Of a stretch of DNA of 64,000 bases, positions 60,295-64,000 are shown piece after piece. The notes below the pieces were generated by a model. The model saw only the letters and a program-made list of their open reading frames with translations. It did no database searches and had not been told where the DNA came from. Made by a program: the position numbers and the translations under genes. Numbering within the stretch: the stretch's first letter is position 1; each line of letters starts with the position of its first letter. The stretch comes from Pristiophorus japonicus (lineage: Eukaryota), in assembly GCF_044704955.1 (NCBI RefSeq), contig NC_091979.1:109926001-109990000 (forward strand), written 5' to 3'.

Positions 60295-62026
60295 CTAAGA
60301 TTGCCCGCTACGCTTGTTTTGTTGACTCCATGGTGGCGCAGCGTTTCTCGGGTTGGTACCAAGATTATTCGAGCATCTCAGGTAATGCACACTTCTTGAT
60401 GGGGAGGGCATAGGCAGGCGGTAATGTGGAAGACCCGGCTTGGACCTCTTCAGAGGCTGGTCTGGGGAATGGAGTGGGAGTGGGAGTGGCAGTTGATTCT
60501 GCCATTGGCCTCGGGGTCTGGGCATGTTCCCTTATTGCAGCAGCTAACTCCGACATTCCCTCCCTCATGTGCCCTGACAGTGTCTCAACTACCGGCAACA
60601 TTTCCTCCCTCATGTTCGTCGACAGTGTATCAATTACCTGCAACATTTCCTCCCTCATGTTCGTCGACAGTGTATCAGCTACCTGCGACATTCCCTCCCT
60701 CATATGCCTGGGCAGTGTTCCCATTTCTCATGAGAGTGTTGTTACTTCTCCCAACAGTCCCGATACCTCATTGCCCACCCCACTGATGATGTCCAGGAGT
60801 GATCGCGTAAGGTTAATGCTCTCTGGACTCATTGCCATCATTTGAACCACATCTGTTAGATCCTGCACCTCAAGAGAGCGCTGTCGAGCTTGCCTTCCTC
60901 TCCTCACCCTAGATGTGGCTCGCTGCATCCCAGTGGGACCCGTAGCCTCGGACGGTGAGGCCCTGGGTGTGCCTTGCTGCATCCCACTGGAATCCCCAGC
61001 CTTGGACTGTGAGAAACCATGGAATATCCCCACTCGTACCACTCAGGAAAGGGCCTGGCACCTAATGGGCAGCACCTGCACCTCCTCCAGAGTGAGTACA
61101 ACTGTGAGGGCTTCATCCATCCCCTCCGCCTGCCCCTCCCCTTTACACCCAAGCTCTTGGTCTGGAAGGTTGGATTGGAAGATGTTCTCCTCTTCAGACT
61201 CGTCCATATCTGAATCTTCTTCTCCATCGGCTTCAGTCTCGTCAGGGTCGGCCTCAAGTTCTGCAAAATATAACAGAACAGACAAACGTTAGCAGCAGAG
61301 GAGGGGGCAGGGTGGCATGAGTAGGCTCACACAGTGCAGGCAGCAGGCTCATTTGAAGGATCACAATGAATGATAGCACATTGCATCAAGCGTAGCTGAT
61401 GGAGACATCCCCATGCACCGAAGCATGGCTAGCCTGCGCAGTACTTAACATTTAGCAAAGCCAGACTGTGGAATTTGCAGGACTTACCCTCTCCCTCAAG
61501 TGTAGGCCCAGCTTGTGCAGTGGTGGTTGCTCTTCTCCAGGCAGGACCCATCAAAGCAGCAACCCTCTCTTCCAAGAATGTCAGTGGATGCAGATTTTCC
61601 AGGCCTCCTTCTGTTCAAGTTCTTTCCCTTTTGTTGTGTGTCACCTTCCTCTGCAAAGATGAAAATAGAACTTTTTAGAGAGGGTGTCTTTCTGCTGGGT
61701 GGGACATATACTAATGGTCACATTTAAAATTGCAATTCCAGTGAATAAACGAAAATATTACTTACACTAACTACTTGACCAAGGTCCTGCCACTTCTTTT
61801 TGCACTGGCCTCCAAACCTCAGGGTGGTCACCATTGCACAGTAATCTGAAAGTTGGTTCCAGCGTTTGTTCATTTCTTTTGGTGAAACTATTATGTGACC
61901 TCTGCTGGTGTCTAGCTCCTGCCATCTGGCCTCAATTACAGTAACTCGTGCCTTCACTTCATTCTGTGAGAAATTCTTGGTCCTTGAGCCACATTTCATA
62001 TTGTATTGCAGCTCCGATTTTTCCAC
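60295..62026 (-). pseudogene. Harbinger Myb/SANT-like DNA-binding protein gene, 3 exons (~62026-61766, 61650-61488, 61260-~60295)
   Basis: Trihelix-type RTKNFSQNE..RWNQL..QCKKKWQDL motif, gt/ag introns in compatible phase, in-frame TGA in exon 2, frameshift in exon 3. Confidence 0.8.
60552..60703 (-). repeat. 45-bp coding tandem repeat (about 3.4 copies)
   Basis: MREGMSQVADTLSTN / MREEMLQVIDTLSTN / MREEMLPVVETLSGH / MREGMS. Confidence 0.9.
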
Positions 62027-62429
62027 TGAGAATTAAAGTTCTCACACACAATTGGTGCTTTAAAAATGGTTGAATGCAGACCGGAAGCTGTACTGGACAT
62101 GTGCGCCCATCGCAGTCACGTAAAAAACATCTTTTTTTTCGTGCATTCGCAGAAGGGGGGGGCGTCGTTTTTTCGGTGCAGACATTAGGCTCCACCCCCC
62201 CGAAGCTAAAGGACAGGCTATGCGGCGCCAATTTCAAAAAATAGAATGGGGAAACTTACAAGTTTTTTTTGGGAGTAGTCAGGCTCAAAAAAAACGGGCG
62301 TAACTCTTGCAATACGCCAAAAAATGGCACTGGGGAAAATTGAACCCTCAGACTCTAGTTTCGGACTTAGGCAAGTCACTCTCAAACGGAATGTGAAATT
62401 CTATCACATGCTCCTACAACAAATGAAAA

Positions 62430-62645
62430 GAACAAAACTGCAAATGTTGGAAAATAAAACAGAAAAAGAAAATACTGAAAAAGGACAGGAGATCCATCAG
62501 CACTTGTAAAGAAAAAAAAGACAGGCTAACAATTGGGTTGTAACCCTTCATCAAAACACTAATTCGAATGAAGAGCTACTCTTGAAACATCAACCTGTGT
62601 TATCTCTTTACAGATGTTGACAGACCTGCTGTGCATTTCTTACTG
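62430..62645. repeat. Degenerate palindromic repeat, Penelope-like terminal sequence
   Basis: Arms CAGCACTTGTAAAGA..ACAGGCTAAC..CCCTTCATC and ATGAAGAG..CAACCTGT..TCTTTACAGATGTTG are approximate reverse complements. Confidence 0.6.
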
Positions 62646-63084
62646 GAATAGTTATCTGATCTAAAAATTAAGAACCCAAAAATCAGCAGGCCCACTCTGC
62701 CAGCGGTAGTGCGACGGAATGGCCGCTGATGATCTCTGCCCCGACTTCATTGGGGTATCAAGGATCAGGAGGTCAGCTAATGTACACTGCATTGGCAAGT
62801 GCCCATACCACCGGTGCGCGCCTGCTTGGAGTGGGGGTTGGTGGGGGGGAATGATAGTGGTGTCGGTAGGGGCAAGTAAAGTGGTGCTGGTCAACTGTTC
62901 TTTAACTTGTCAGCGACATCAGCCGTTTGACTGGACCTGGGCTTGAACCCTCGCTGCCATTAACGTGACTAATCTGCTGAGTTCATCCCAACATCCAGAT
63001 TGCTCAACATTAGAGAGGCTGGTGCTGTGGAAATTCCCCATACCTGGCCCCACCCCCCCCGGCATCATCGACTATTTTGGGGGG

Positions 63085-63455
63085 CATTTGACATGTTTGA
63101 CAAACTTAATGGAATTTGTTTATTGCCTGAATAAAGGGAATGTAGTAGATGAATATGAAGTTTCAGAAAATATTCACGAAGATGTCTCACAGGATGCTTC
63201 TCCCAAAATTTCAGGTGTGTGGAATAATAGAAAATGTAGCAGGATAGCTGGAAAATTATTTGATGGACATGAAGCAAAGGTTGCTGCTCAGAATGGGTAA
63301 GGGTTAGAGGTGGTGTACCTTCGGGGTCAGTGCTGGATCCACTTTTGTTCTTGATAATTTGGACTTGGGCTTTGGGAGCAGTATATCAAAATTTATTAAC
63401 ACAAAATTACGGACCTCGCAAACAGTGAAGGTGACTGTAAAAGAATTAAGGAGCA
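63085..63455 (+). mobile_element. Very old CR1 RT fragment
   Basis: CLTNLMEF motif and GGGTCAGTGCTGGATCC (decayed QGSVLGP). Confidence 0.65.
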
Positions 63456-63539
63456 CAACCTGTCACTACCCTGATATAGCCCTGTCCTCTTCCCCCACAA
63501 GACCATGGGGTTTATAATATACTATTGTAATTGACATGA

Positions 63540-64000
63540 ATCGCTCAATCTGGCTTGACCACATCAAACCGCACCACGCCTTGCTTTCCTCAGCCAAAAC
63601 TGTTCACTATTCCAAGATTATTCTTGAAGGTGAAGACAAATAGTTGTCTCCTTAAACCACTCTCCCTATCCCTGCCTTCACTTAAAACTCACAGATCTCT
63701 TCAAATCAAAGATAAGAACATCAATGCAGCTTCAGCTTTCCATGCGTCGACCCCCAGGCCTTAAAATTTCCCCAATTGCCTCCCTATTAAAACCCTGCAA
63801 CCTAGCCTTTTTGCAGTTTCTCCCATTCACCACCACGCCGTCTCCAAACTCATCTTCTCCACCTCCTGCTCTATCAATCTCCTCCCCACTCAACTCCTGA
63901 TCACTTCACTTCTCTTCCTCTTGTTCCCCCATGTTGGACAATATCCCCTTCATGATGTACTCTCCCTCTTCTCTTCAAAACCAATTTCATCACTGTTCCT
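63540..64000 (+). mobile_element. Probable old L2-type LINE fragment
   Basis: C/T-rich sequence typical of L2 ORF2 (CCACCTCCTGCTC..ATCTCCTCCCCACTCAACTCC). No intact frame. Confidence 0.45.

Larger units (their letters stand above)
58526..62347. mobile_element. PIF/Harbinger transposon 2 with both TIRs, deleted transposase (+) and spliced Myb/SANT gene (-)
   Basis: TIR GGGCTCAATTTT / AAAATTGAACCC, TSD TAA/TCA, host CR1 continuous across it, convergent two-gene layout. Confidence 0.92.
54875..62410 (-). mobile_element. Long CR1 (minus strand) interrupted by a solo LTR, a MITE and Harbinger 2
   Basis: Tail AAGAACATAAGAAATAGGAGCAGGAG at the left end. RT pieces at 54960-55907, 56721-57262 and 57908-58525; resumes at 62348. 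Confidence 0.88.

Overview
Eukaryotic, repeat-dominated genomic DNA, most likely from a cartilaginous fish (inferred from the CR1/HER1-type LINEs, Deu-domain SINEs and RTE tails). The host gene is myosin IIIB (MYO3B) on the minus strand, with three consecutive motor-domain exons at 38498-38419, 33787-33710 and 32866-32661. I found no other MYO3B exons, so the rest appears intronic. The left 28 kb is a nested cluster of five decayed Gypsy/Mag-like LTR retrotransposons. Three are complete (paired LTRs, 5-bp TSDs, tRNA-Ser-type PBS), and all five carry FQD(D/N) instead of YxDD at the RT active site. This part also holds a Harbinger transposon and an inverted CR1 pair. The right half is nested CR1 LINEs, SINEs, Harbinger elements and MITEs, and a solo LTR. 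The most unusual item is a pre-tRNA-Glu/CR1-tail chimera (proto-SINE architecture) inserted into that solo LTR. All calls were made by eye without database searches; boundaries of old repeats are approximate.
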